Assembly: GCA_012295275.1 (NCBI GenBank)
Contig: CM022676.1
Location: 992,001-1,056,000, forward strand
Origin: Chrysomallon squamiferum
Taxonomy: Eukaryota > Animalia > Mollusca
Direction: 5' to 3'
DNA: 64,000 nucleotides
Shown here piece after piece: positions 39,001 through 51,600 of this stretch. Under the pieces are notes generated by a model. It searched no databases, had not been told where the DNA came from, and saw only the letters and a list, made by a program, of their open reading frames with translations. The translations under genes and the position numbers were made by a program. Each line of letters opens with the position of its first letter. Within the stretch, counting starts at the first letter, position 1.

Positions 39001-41317
39001 TATAATATGTTAACTTGCTTGTTTTATTTTTAATATAGTTACAATTAATATTTTAATACAAGATGTAGAATTTTAGTGAATTTAATATAATTTTTACTTA
39101 ATTTTGTAATCAAAAAACGTTAAATCATTTAAATAACGATCAGATACATACATATATATATATATATACAATTAATGAGCGTTTATAGTATTAACAAGGA
39201 CAGTGGGGGAGAGGGTTTGAGGTTGAAATAGGGAGGTAACAAGAGGGATTTTAAAATTTCGTGCTGGGAAAGTGAATTGTGTCGTGCTGGGAGGAGGATA
39301 GCATTCCGTTTCTTACCCAGTTTGATGTCGGTTGTTCGTCAGTGCTCGAAGTTCGAATTTGAAATTGGATTCCTAAGTGCGAAGAAGCGCAAAAGGTAAA
39401 CAAACAGCTAATCCTCCGTATTAAAAAGGTGTTGCAGAGCTTAAAGGCGATTGGCTGCTGGCCGATTCAGTAGTCCGGTCGCTGTTCGGATTCTGATTGG
39501 CTGCAGTGATTCTTGAAGCGGATTGGTCGGAATGTGTCCTAAGATCTCTTGATGGCGATTGGTTGCTGGGTCCGAAGAGCTCTCGAAGGTGATGTGAGTC
39601 TGATTGGCTGCAGTGCTTCTCGAATTTGATTGGTCGGAATGTGTCCTAATCTCTCTTGATGGCGATTGGTTGGTTTTCGATTCCGTCGTAATCCCAAGTA
39701 CGATAGTACGAGTAAAGAAAGTGAACTCCTGTTAACTGCACAAAAGAATTGAAACGAAATCCACGAGAATACCTCTGAGCTAATCCTGATTGACCGACGT
39801 CAAAATGTGAGCAAATCTGTCTGAGCGAATCTCTGTGAGCGAATCTGAAAATAAGAAAAGAAAAAAAAAAGTGATTCTTTAAACTATTAATCAACATATA
39901 TAAGCTGAATTTGATTAGACTTACTTATTTTTTGCAAGTCTAGCTCTTTCATTACACTGTATGTTTACTCCTTGACTCAAATCACAAGATGAAATACTGG
40001 TTCTGTGAGCTTACAGTTTATACATGTGAAATTGTGTACTTTATTTTCTTTAAAGTGTTATTTAAAAATTAGATTAAAGGATACAGACTTGGAATGGTCC
40101 TAGTTCTCATAAATTTCTGTAATGTTAAAATATCAGCCTCTATAATTCTAAACACACACACAAAAGTGAAAAACCCCAGCAACTTGTATATATAGTAAAT
40201 ATATTGTAATGAAAAGGGTTTTAAAATAATAGTTTTGTTTCATTCATAACAAAAGAACAAATGAGATACACTTGATATTTGATTACCATTTACAGATCCC
40301 ACTGCTAACAAAGCTCTGAAAAAGAGTCAGGAATCTTGTTTTATTTTACTGGCACCTAACTCACAAGCTTTGTACCTCAAAAATTAAGAACTAATAAACA
40401 TTAAATAAACACTATGTTTTTGTTTTTGAAAAACATTTTTTTTTTTAAATGATTCTGTAATCTAATTGTGCTTTATACACTATACAAAAAAAAAAAAAAA
40501 CAACAACAGAAAAATGAAATGGAACTTGTGGTACCCATGTCAGTGACACAGAATTTGTGTTCTTAATGTTTATTTTAAATTGTTTTTTATTTCATGTTTC
40601 AGCCAGGTTCTTAGTTTAATTTCTCAAGTAAATATTTCCATAAAGTGGAATTATTATAGAATTTCTTAAATTATAAACATTGTAATATATGTCTTACAGA
40701 ACAGAAGGCACTGTAATCCTGCTGATGAAGTCAGACAGTTAGAAGAACAGTGAGTATTCAATTTTGCCAGCTGACCTTCCTGAAAATAAACTTGTTATAA
40801 TATTTTTTTTTTTTTGCATACATGCAGAATTTAATATTTAACAGTAATATGACACATCTTTTTAACTGTTATTATGACATAACAAATAATGTCTCAAGTT
40901 TGAATAATTTATTTATTTTCTTTGGTTGGCATCCAAATTCTAAAATGATTTGTCTAAAATATATTTTGAAATTTACATTTCAGATTTGCTCAGATTGACT
41001 TTGAGGAACTGACCTCAACTGAAAATGGAAAGAAACTGCTGTATGAACAAGTGGACTTGTACATAGCCAGACTAATGCAGGGTATGTGAAATACTTAAGT
41101 AATTTTAGAACAAAATATCATATATTATTCATGTGAAATCCCCTATCAAAAGTAGACAGAAAAGACATTGTAAGAAATGTGAGCCGAGGTGTAATTTGTT
41201 ATTTATAATGAACTCTACTACTTAATGTCCATTTATTGACACATTATATTGATTATTTCAGATAAATCAGAATCTAAAACAGAAGAGATCACAAAGACTT
41301 CTAATTATTTATTTTAA
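25094..41317 (+). CDS. Gene C: uncharacterised charged intracellular protein (14 small exons)
   Basis: Phase-consistent exons 25094-25110, 26178-26253, 26512-26566, 26759-26916, 27109-27150, 27374-27413, 27642-27793, 28138-28176, 28371-28409, 28744-28794, 28883-29047, 40700-40749, 40984-41081, 41262-41317 give one open frame MDENKMSVTVKAKLWSK...FAQIDFEELTSTENGKKLLYEQVDLYIARLMQ...NYLF*. Confidence 0.75.
29650..32000 (-). mobile_element. Heavily decayed L1/Tx1-type LINE in gene C intron
   Basis: Minus strand ~30395-30450 reads NGTEFKILQFADDTTVLL (RT motif), and GLITLIPK near 30690-30715. Many stops; limits approximate. Confidence 0.6.
32999..36885 (-). pseudogene. LINE ORF2: AP endonuclease, reverse transcriptase, RNase H; frameshifted
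   Basis: ATG 36885 then LNILQWNAKGL; LGDFN and SDHLPI endonuclease motifs; YRPISLTS, QSGFRK, GIPQGSVIAP, LFADD RT; YTDGSK and WVPAHVGVTGNELAD RNase H; C-terminal CCHC. Confidence 0.92.
36949..38998 (-). pseudogene. LINE ORF1 (gag-like), split over three overlapping frames
   Basis: ORFs 38360-38998 (PISTANRFSAL), 37734-38462 and 36949-37866 (CAQCQRWGHNTKKC, CFRCGGKH, CANCNGRHYTHSHLC). Confidence 0.8.
39445..39672 (-). promoter_or_regulatory. CCAAT-box array in a ~106-bp tandem duplication in the LINE 5' UTR
   Basis: ATTGG on + at 39450, 39496, 39522, 39558, 39603, 39629, 39665; segment ~39494-39570 is repeated at ~39600-39672. Confidence 0.7.
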
Positions 41318-41653
41318 CTTAAAGCTCATCTGTAGGTTTGATAGCAAGTAGTCAAAATGTATTTTGTACACATCCAGTTTTACCTGAGAACAAAGTATGA
41401 CAGTAATATAGATTTTGGCATCACATAAAGATACCAGCTAGTTATATACAGATTTACAAGAGCAAATTGCTGGCTAAGTTGTATCAAGTTTTTATTTACT
41501 TTTCTAAATGCACATCAAAGGCTTTTTATATTATTGTGTACTTTGTTTACATATAAAATAATCACTTTAATGTATCCAAAATGTATTTAGACTATTTGTT
41601 TGATCTGTGAATTTTTTTACTTTACACTGGGAGATATGATTCTCTCTCTCTCT

Positions 41654-41698
<45 letters not shown>

Positions 41699-42235
41699 AA
41701 ATTTAAATAATTTATTTATTTCATGTAGAGTTTTTAATATTATATATCAACAATGTTTGTTGAGAAAGTTCATTTGAAAGAAGTGTTGGGTATTTCAGAA
41801 TAGTTTTAGTTTGTTACCAACCTTGTTATATGCAAATAAATATACAATTAAGATATTTTGTCTGTTTATATCATGTGTCATTTTGCAATACCTACATGGC
41901 TTTTGCACTCAGATTTCTAGTAAAGTGATGACTGTTTGAATGTAAAATGTATCTACATGTCGGAACAAAATTAGAACACGTTTACTGAAAAACAATAATA
42001 AATATTGTTAAAAATAATTAACAGTTGAAGGCACCTCCTAGATCAAACAGACATTATTATTCCTCATTTTATGAATTTTCCACCGATCCAAAGGCACTTG
42101 GCATTATGAGCAGAACAGGGTGATGAATTTTACAATATAAGAATTCTGTTTGTGTAACAGTTACAGGAATTTATTATGAAATTCTCAGATTCTGAATCCA
42201 TTAACACAAAACTATGATTGCACTGCTGAAACCAA

Positions 42236-42268
<33 letters not shown>

Positions 42269-45200
42269 AATACAGATTAAATTTTATTTTCAAGGCACAA
42301 ATTGTTATAGATGGAATTAAAATTTTACACAACAAAATCTGTACTAGATATTGAACTTGAAAAAACAGCAAAATAATAAATAAATATATAAATTAAAAAA
42401 TTAAATTAAATAATAAAACAAAAATAATAATAAATTCATAAAAGTTTAATTATATTTGATATAAATTTAAATTTATGTAATGGAATAACTTTATTATACT
42501 AACAAAAAAAAATAATAATAATAAATTAAAAAACAGTATTGTTCCACAGAATTTTTATTAGAATTTTAATGTATTATAGAAGATTATCAGTGATGTTTGG
42601 AATAAAAAAAAAAAATATTAAGCAATTTTAGAAAGTTCTTAGGAACAACCTTTTGCTATATGATGCACCTAAACCAGAGAGCAGGGATAATATCTCAGCT
42701 ACATAATGTGCAACACCAGAGTAAATTATAACAGCTGACACTTTCCATGTGCATTTTTTATTTGGCAGTATGTAAAACATAAAAGCTGGATTATTGCAGT
42801 GTCATTTCATTTGAATGGCTTTGTTAATGTGTGCTTCATCTCTGATAACAGCTGTTTTCTTATGGTTTGTCCAGTGCCATTTCAGTATTGGGTAAACAGG
42901 TTTGCACACTTAGTCTTAGAAACCATCCATTAAAGGAGCATAATAACATGTAATAATTAATTTGCAAAATATTATTAACCATTAAATATTTTTTTTACAA
43001 CAGTAATGCAGTATATTGGCAATGGTATACACACATTAAAAAAAATAAATAAAAAATATATGTATTTCAATGGCATTAGTTTTACATTTTGTAAGTTTTA
43101 TATACATATGATATTTCGAATGACAAGAAAATCCTCATTAATACGAGAAATCTTTTTTATTTCAAAATAACTCTTTAAAGTAAATTATAACATTGCATAA
43201 TCACAATTTACTTCATATTATTTTTCCTTTATTATTGTTTATATAATAATAATAATGTCTAATTATTAGGTAAGACTGATAAAAATGGTTATACGTTATT
43301 GTTGAATTGTTAAAAAACACACAAACACCATAAAAATATTCAAAAACAGAACTGAAATATTTTTTTTTATTTTCATAAATACTTTACATCAAAATTAAGT
43401 TTCAGCGTTAGAACAGCAAGATACATATATATTAATTTGATGCGCTCTGTGCTAAAATTTAGTAATGAACTATCACATTTGTTAAACTTACTGAAAATGA
43501 TATTCCTGGTAACCTAAGACAATTATTTTGTTTTCAAAATTCTCATGATAAGTAGTGTATCAAAGAAATTTTGCTCAAATTCTGAATTAAAAATAAACTG
43601 ATCATTGATTTTTAACACTTGGTTTATTTTTGCTTGTAATATTGATTAGCTCCATCAGAAGAAATAACAACAATAGTCAGATGATAGGTAACTTTTGTCT
43701 GCAGTCAAATCACAGCAAGTACAAAGCCACTTTTATGTTCCTGTTTCAAATATCTCACTTATCAGACCTGCACCTTTATTGTTCAGATTTTAGAATGGCA
43801 TTAATAATATAATGTTGACCAGTGATTTTTCAGAATCAGTTGCACAGCATGATCTGTTTCAATCAATATCTCTCATAAACTATCCTTGCTAACCCAATTA
43901 TCAAAAATATAAATATATTCTCACAGCTGATATCAGAAATTTGACGCAGCACCTTGAAATGAGTATACAAATCAAAAATTCATTTTTATGCTATTTTAGT
44001 GAAGCACCAGTCAGGACTAATACAATGTATAAAATTATTTTGATTTTTCTCACACCAGATAGTTAAAAATCAACATACAACCATAGAGTAAAATGTATGT
44101 TATATATTTTAAAAAATATGAAAAATAAGGAACTATAAATAAAACAACCAACAATAATGTATCTTTGTATATAATTTTGATCATCTAAATAATGATTATT
44201 TTAGTGTCTTGTATTTTATAACACACACACACACACTGAACACATTTAACATATTGAAAATGCACCACCAATTGATGATAACAAAAACACCAAAACACAT
44301 ACTGCAGTCATGGGTCTGTAAAGATGGTCGCTCAATAACCACTTTTATTTATGAACAGCAGTAGTGGAATGCTGTCCCCGAGAACTCTATTCAAAGATTA
44401 CATTGTGTTGATGAGATGTGCTTGGCTTGTTGTTCCTGCAAATGGTGGTCATAAGCACTGTTGATGTTTCATTATAATTCTATGTGTCTTTGATACACAG
44501 ATGAATTAAAACTAGACAAAGATTGTGCATCCTTTCTTGTTTGAGGTCATTATCAATCATCCATCTAGCACTGTTCACACAACATACTAAAATCAAGCAT
44601 TCTTTTTGAAAACCAAATATTTATTATGGTGCATTTTCAATCTTTTTAAGACAGGACAAAATTAAAACAAAACGATTATGATAATAATAAAGAAATACAT
44701 CTGGATGGCAGTCATACATTACAAATAATTACCAAATTCTAAAAACAAACATATATATATATCTTATTGTATCATTATATATATCATTATGTATATTTTA
44801 ATTATCATTTTCTGAGTAATGTTTACAATTATGAATATTTATTTACTTAATCAATTAAGTAATAGATTTCTATAAAACAAAATGTTTGTATTTTTGTACT
44901 GATGAGTAATTTTGATTTTAAAATTCAAATGAATAAACTCTCACTGTTCATTCCAATAACATTTCCATGTGACTAGGAATCCAAATTTCTGGATGATCAT
45001 AAAAGCAAATTTGATTGACACCAGAAAAATGATATTGATAATATAAAAAATAGTAAAATTTATAAATCTTTATAAAACAATTTAAAAAAAAGAAGTATTA
45101 AAGACCACTTATATTTTGTGCAACTATTCTACAGAACAACAAAACATTAATATCCCAAAAGTTTCAATGTCTTAAAAAAATATAGATATATGTTTAAAAC

Positions 45201-45613
45201 TTCATGTAGTGAAAATTACAATAAAAATAGAAATTAACCAATAATTTCATTAAAGGAGATAAAATATAAAACTGATGTGGAATGATATTAGACAGACTTT
45301 TTGATTTATTATTAAAGACTCAAAAACATCTCTAGTGACAACTGTTTTTAATAATTTATTAATGAATCTATTTGGTGACAACTGGTTTTTCATAATTCTT
45401 TTAAACATCTCTAGAGAAAATGACCATTACAATAGGCTTTTTAGAAACACCTACTTTCGGGTAATGCTTAATAATTATATACATCTCAGGTTAGTGAGAA
45501 ATGGCTTTTCATTACTCTCACATTCTTCTTCTCTTTCAGCATCATCAGTACAAACAATCACTTCTAGGAATTATAGGTTTCTCATCTTGTGACACCAGCA
45601 AATCTAGCCCTGA

Positions 45614-48600
45614 CTATTCTAGTCCGTTCTGAAAAAATAACACATAATTACTACTAACAACAATAACAAGAAACCTAACTTAACAAGTTATCATTTTGAG
45701 GTACTAACAAATACCAGTGGTTTTCACTGAAGCAGAATAAATTGTTTCAGTAAATCAAACCTAATGTTCAATATAAATATCTTCTTCTGACACTTGATAA
45801 TATGTATATCTAAAGAAACAAATACTGACTTTAAAAAAGTATTCACACAAATTCCAGACAACAAACAGATGGAATCCATACTAGAACTTTTAAAATCAGT
45901 AATTAATAATGAATGTTTACGAAAAAGGAAAAGCTAATTTTATTAGAAGGAAGATAAGAAATGATTAAGTCACCTGTACAGAAGCCTGTTTTTCACTGTC
46001 ACTGTATTTTGTCTCATGTATGAGTGGAACCTCATCTTCAGCATTATCCAACTTTCAAAAAATTGGAAAATAAAGTAATTTCAAATGATAATAAAATATG
46101 TAATTACATTTATTTCAGATGTTTGTAGAACAATATTGTATAGATTTCTCCATTTAAAAATGCTTGTGATTTTCATTTTAAGATTTTCATGAATGTCATA
46201 TGAATAAAAAAATGTGCAGCTATTTTAAATAATGTATGTGTAACAATGCAAATGGCTTGAAGAAAGTACTCGATTCTGACTGACTAACCAATCAGCAGTA
46301 GCATTATGGAATTGATGGTGTGCAGTACATTTACATTTTGCTAAGAGTTCAATGGCAAACACCACTTAGTGGCTTGAATTCATATGAGATCATCCATATC
46401 AGAATTGTTAAATCTTTATCTAAGGTGTGTATAGTGTTTGAATATAAAAGCCAACCTTCTTAGGTTTTTCTTCCACCTTTTCATATGGTATCTCTGAAAC
46501 AAATATTTATAGAAGTATTTTGAGAAAAATAACAACATAAGTAAATAAAATGTATATATCATGACATGGGAGAAAACTTCTTCAGTCTAAGTACACTACA
46601 ATAAACAAAGGTTTAATGTCACAATAATGCATTGTGAAAAATAAAAAGGATAGCCATTTTTAACATCAACAAGACAGGTTACTGAAAGAAATTCTCAATA
46701 TTGCAAAACAAGAAACTGATGTAATCATAATATTAATTTGAAAAAATGTAAGTCAGTTTTATTTATGTTAATAAAGTAATACTAGGTACTGGTATGCACA
46801 GTTTCATCTTGGAACAGTAACTTATTTTCTTTTTGTTTCCTGTTATAGATATTTTTACAGAAAAAAAAGCCATAGGAAGTTGTTTCTATCTATATTTTCA
46901 ACAGAAATAATTGCTGATAATGTTCTAAAATTTTTCAGTTAAAAACAGAGAATGCTGATATTGGATGTTCATAAATCTTTAACAATTTTATTCACAAATG
47001 CTTGAAAATGCATATTTTAAACATGAACATGTAGATTCTGTATTCTTCCAAATTCATACCATCTTGAGATCTAATTTACCAGCTTCCCCAAAATTGCACA
47101 ACATTTTCTCCCAATATTTTAATTTATATATATCATTATAATATATATAATATGACGTTACCTAACCAACTACATCATGTTAAGGTAAATTATGCACACT
47201 TGCTGAAGCTGATTAACCAAATACATTAGATGGCTACAGTTGTGGTGATGGACATCACAGTCTGAACCAAGGTCATATTAACTGTTCTTCAAAATTTTTC
47301 TGTTACACATTCACTTTTATTTATGTAGATTATATCACAGGATAGATAACAAAAATATTTAAAAACCTGGCAAAAGGTTTCATAAAAATCTCCTTCCAAT
47401 TCTACTTAAAAAGCGATACAAAAGATTATATTCTTTTAATAGTTCAGACAAAATGCATTTTACTAAGTTCAGTGATTTCTAGTTTTTACTTTACCTTCTG
47501 TGAGTTTATTTTTATCTTCATTCAAAGAGGTGTCAGCACTCTTCAAAGATTCTTCCAAAAATGCTTTTCTAGGAAATCATAAACTATTATGAAATAATAA
47601 TAAATTACAACATTTACTGTCAATGAATTTTCATACAGGCAATAAATTTGACTCTTTGAATTTAACTTCAAAATATAATTTTGGCTATACAAAAAGAGAG
47701 AGAAAAGAACTCAAATATTTAGTTTTAATAATCATAGTGAATATTTTTACACAACAATCAATAAATAAAATTATAAACAAAAAATTATGAAGTATATCAC
47801 TAATGTATCTAAAGTATCTAAAATTATTAATTATTAAATAAAAGATAAAGAATATATATAAAATCTTTTTTTAAATATATTCTTTATTAAAGAATCTTAA
47901 TTATATATACTTACTGGTTCATTTCAACATCCAGTTCTGAAAGAAAAGGGTGCCGTTGTGACTGTTTTATACCAAGACTAATGAAAATTTATATAGTAAT
48001 GAAATATTTATTTAATACAAATACCTATAAGTCATAGGCTAACTGCAGCCCCATTTCTGAGTGGCCCACCTAATTTCACAAGGAAAATAATGTTAATTCA
48101 AATGTTATAAAATGAGTATTTTGTATCTACTAATATACTAAAACACATGTAATTTTTTTATTAACAGTTCCTGAAGTAAGTGAAAATGAAAAATGTCTTA
48201 AAATAAACACAAAATCGCCTAAATTAGTACCTGCAGCCCGCCTGAGGATGAGCCATGTCTCATGTGGCCTGCTTCTCGAAAAAGGTTGCCCATGTCTGAT
48301 CTATAGTAATGATATAGGTTTTTATTCACATTATAGTTGAAATACAGATTAAAATGAGCAGTAACAATAACCTTTTTGGTGTTTTCTTTTCCTGACAAAC
48401 AGCAAAATAATAACAACAACAATGATGAAGATGATAATGATAGCAGCACAGATTCCAGCAATTAAACTATCACTTGCTTCTGCTACTTTCTGAGTTGCCA
48501 TCACTGAAAATATATATATGAGCTCATTTAAAAACAATAAGAGCTCATACACAACAAACAAAGCTTGCTCTAATGATAATTTCTACAAAAAGTGGATAAT

Positions 48601-51600
48601 CAAAATTAAATTGAATTAAATTAGGAGTGTGCATAATTTTCAAAGCAACTGATAACATGTCAAATTTTATTTATTATTTTACTTACTCTAAACACATTTG
48701 CATAATCGATTAACACCATTAAATTAATTTTTTTAATTCAAGTTAAAGAAGTAATTAATTGAAAAACATTATAATTTAAAACGAAAATGTGTGGCTATGG
48801 TATTTTCAATTAGTTTGGAAGCATAATAAACAACAGGTAGCCAGCACTGAAAAAAAACACATTTATTTTATCTTTCTGTGATAATGTACACAACTTACAA
48901 GTAGTAACCTTGATGACCTCTGTTGTTCCACTTTGACCTCTAATATTTTCAGCATACAGATGTATGTAATAGTCAGTGCTTGGCTCAAAGCCATCAACTG
49001 TTGCTGTCAGGTTTCCCTCCTCATCAACCAACTGATGTTGAATCTGTTTAGTCTTCCAATTTGTTTCTTCATATCTCTTGTAAGCAAGAACAAATGTCTG
49101 TTGAAATCCACCATTGTAGCCAGGAATCCAGTACAAAGTGATGGAATCACTGCCTGGTTCTACTGTAACGTTTGATGGGTCTAGAGGTGGTCCTGACGAA
49201 AAAGTGAATTAAGTAATAATTTACCTCACTCACACAGTTTTAAAAGCTGAGCTGCTTATTATCTATGTTCTGGTACTACTGTAAAATACCAAAAAGTGTT
49301 TTTGATAATCATTTAATCATTATATTTTGATAAAAATAGTGTTAGATTTTCAGAAATTTAAATTTATTATAATTATGTTTGCTTCTGAAATGCAGATTAA
49401 CAGAGTGACATAAACTGAGATTTCACAACTTCAGAATTACAGCATAAATTCAGAAACTTAACATGATGTTAATATTAATTATTTCACCTTGAAGAGTTAT
49501 ATTAAAGTCAATGTAAGCTGAGCCTTCACTGTTTTCCACTTTAAAAGTGTACATCTCCAGCTGTACTTTCAGATCAATCATAAAAAGGAATTTATAAGCC
49601 ATCAGATGTGCTGGCTCTAAGTTAACTGGCTGCACAATAACACTGTCTGCTACTTGATGTTGCCCCTGATGTATACGATACAGCATATACTCTGTAGGTT
49701 TTGGATATGAGATAATTTCCATGTAGACTGTCAGCGACTTTCCGTTTTCCTTGGCAAATGTGTGTGCAAATTTTGAACTTGCTCGTGGAAAACCTGAATT
49801 TGTAAATTAGAAAACTGATGATGTAACTACAATCAGAATTTTATATATGTAACAAAACAAAAAAGATACTTCAGGTTATATTCTTATAATAATAAAGTAA
49901 CATAATAAAATAATAGACAATTATTTTTTTATTGCATTTTCCAAAGTTACATCATTAAACAATCTACATTTTCATGTACTTAAAATTATTATCTCTTTTC
50001 TACTGATAATTGTTTCTGAAGCATTTTGTTTCATTCAGTATGAGGATAATTGCTAAGATGAATACATATTTACAATTTTTTTTAAAAACTTACACAGAAC
50101 TATCCATTTCCACATTATGCTGTTTACAGCCATTTCAATTCCATTATCCACCTTACAGTAATACTGCCCATAATCAGAGCAAGCCACAAGCTGTTGATAG
50201 ACACTGTGAAACTGGTGACGGACAATACCATTCTCTTGAGACACAACTGGTGTTTTTTCTGACATCAGATCTGTATGGAATGGAACTGTCTTTTCACCAG
50301 CATACCAAGTGACGACAGGTCTAGGGTGACTGTCAATGCTACAGTTCATTAAAACCGTATCATTTTCTTTCAGTTTTAAAATGTTGAAAGATTGTTTAAC
50401 TCCATTCTGATACAGATCAAGCTGGACAATTGGCAGATCTAGAACAAATATTACATTTTTTTTTAAATTAAAAACTACACTGCAAAAACATTTTCATTTT
50501 CTCTTTGAAAAATCTGTAATAAGGAAGAAAGATATTCTGAATATTAAAATTAAAAACAGTGAACCCTATCTACAATCATCATGGGTTTACGGTCTACACA
50601 ATGCAAAAATCACTGTAAATGCATTTTGCTGCTGGGCAAAGAAGCCATATATTTTATTCTAAATATTAAGAATTGAAGCTGTTTGAAATGATCATACTGT
50701 TAAAATACATTAACACAAAAATTAACACCTCTGAAAAATATTTAATAGTATATTAATTATTTTTTATCTTGATTTTATTCTAAGTTCATTTGAACATTAT
50801 TTTAAAAATATATGTGAATACTAAAATTTATATGTGTAACTATTAAAGCTTTTATTATGTAAGTATTTTTATTTTTCAAATAAAGTACTGTTACACTTTA
50901 ATTTTACAAGAAACCAAACCATTGCATGCCAACATATAAAATGGAATTTAGGCTTTTTATAACTGATCTTTTTCTTAAATTTATTTATAACAATAACTCA
51001 GTTTTCTTGTTAATATATCTGTATCCACACATAACAGACACACACATTCACACACACAAAATCAAACTTGGATAATTTAAACATCAGTTTCTTGTAAACT
51101 ATTGAGTTATTATTCTCATCTCCGCTCATTTGTTAAGTTCGTAGTTATGACCTTCAATTAAGCAAATGCGAATATGGTGAAAACCTCTATTTCTCAAGAT
51201 CTTTTTACAGTTCCATATGACTTGATTAAGAGAAGTTACCTCTTGTCAGCTCAGTGTGCTGGACTGATCAAGCTATTGTTTCCCTTGGTAAACAATCGAT
51301 CTCTGATTAAGTGGAACAAATTATGCCTGCTTCAATCATCTGTGTTTCTACACAGTGTAAGTGTAATCCTCTTTAATAAATAATAATAAACACAATGCAA
51401 AATAATTTTTGTAGTTAACTGATAAAGTTCACTGACATGTTTGTTCTTAAAAATGACTGTTGTGTACCACTGAACAGGTTTAGGAAGCCTGTGTAAATTT
51501 CAGATGTATCTAATAACTTTATGTGGAGTTACAGACACTGGGATGAATACAGTTTCTTTAAGAAACCACGCAAATAGATTTTCATATCTAACCTTTTTTG

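Larger units (their letters stand above)
32340..39850 (-). mobile_element. Near full-length I-group (Nimb/I-like) LINE with RNase H, antisense in gene C intron
   Basis: GC-richer island with ORF1 zinc knuckles and ORF2 APE-RT-RNase H. The 3' end is either the (TAAA)n tract ~32780-32830 or ~32340. No convincing TSD. Confidence 0.9.

Noticed and set aside
45614-45616. A-to-I editing as the way to restore the ITIM tyrosine
   Set aside because: Editing UAG gives UGG (Trp), which would extend the protein but not create the Tyr
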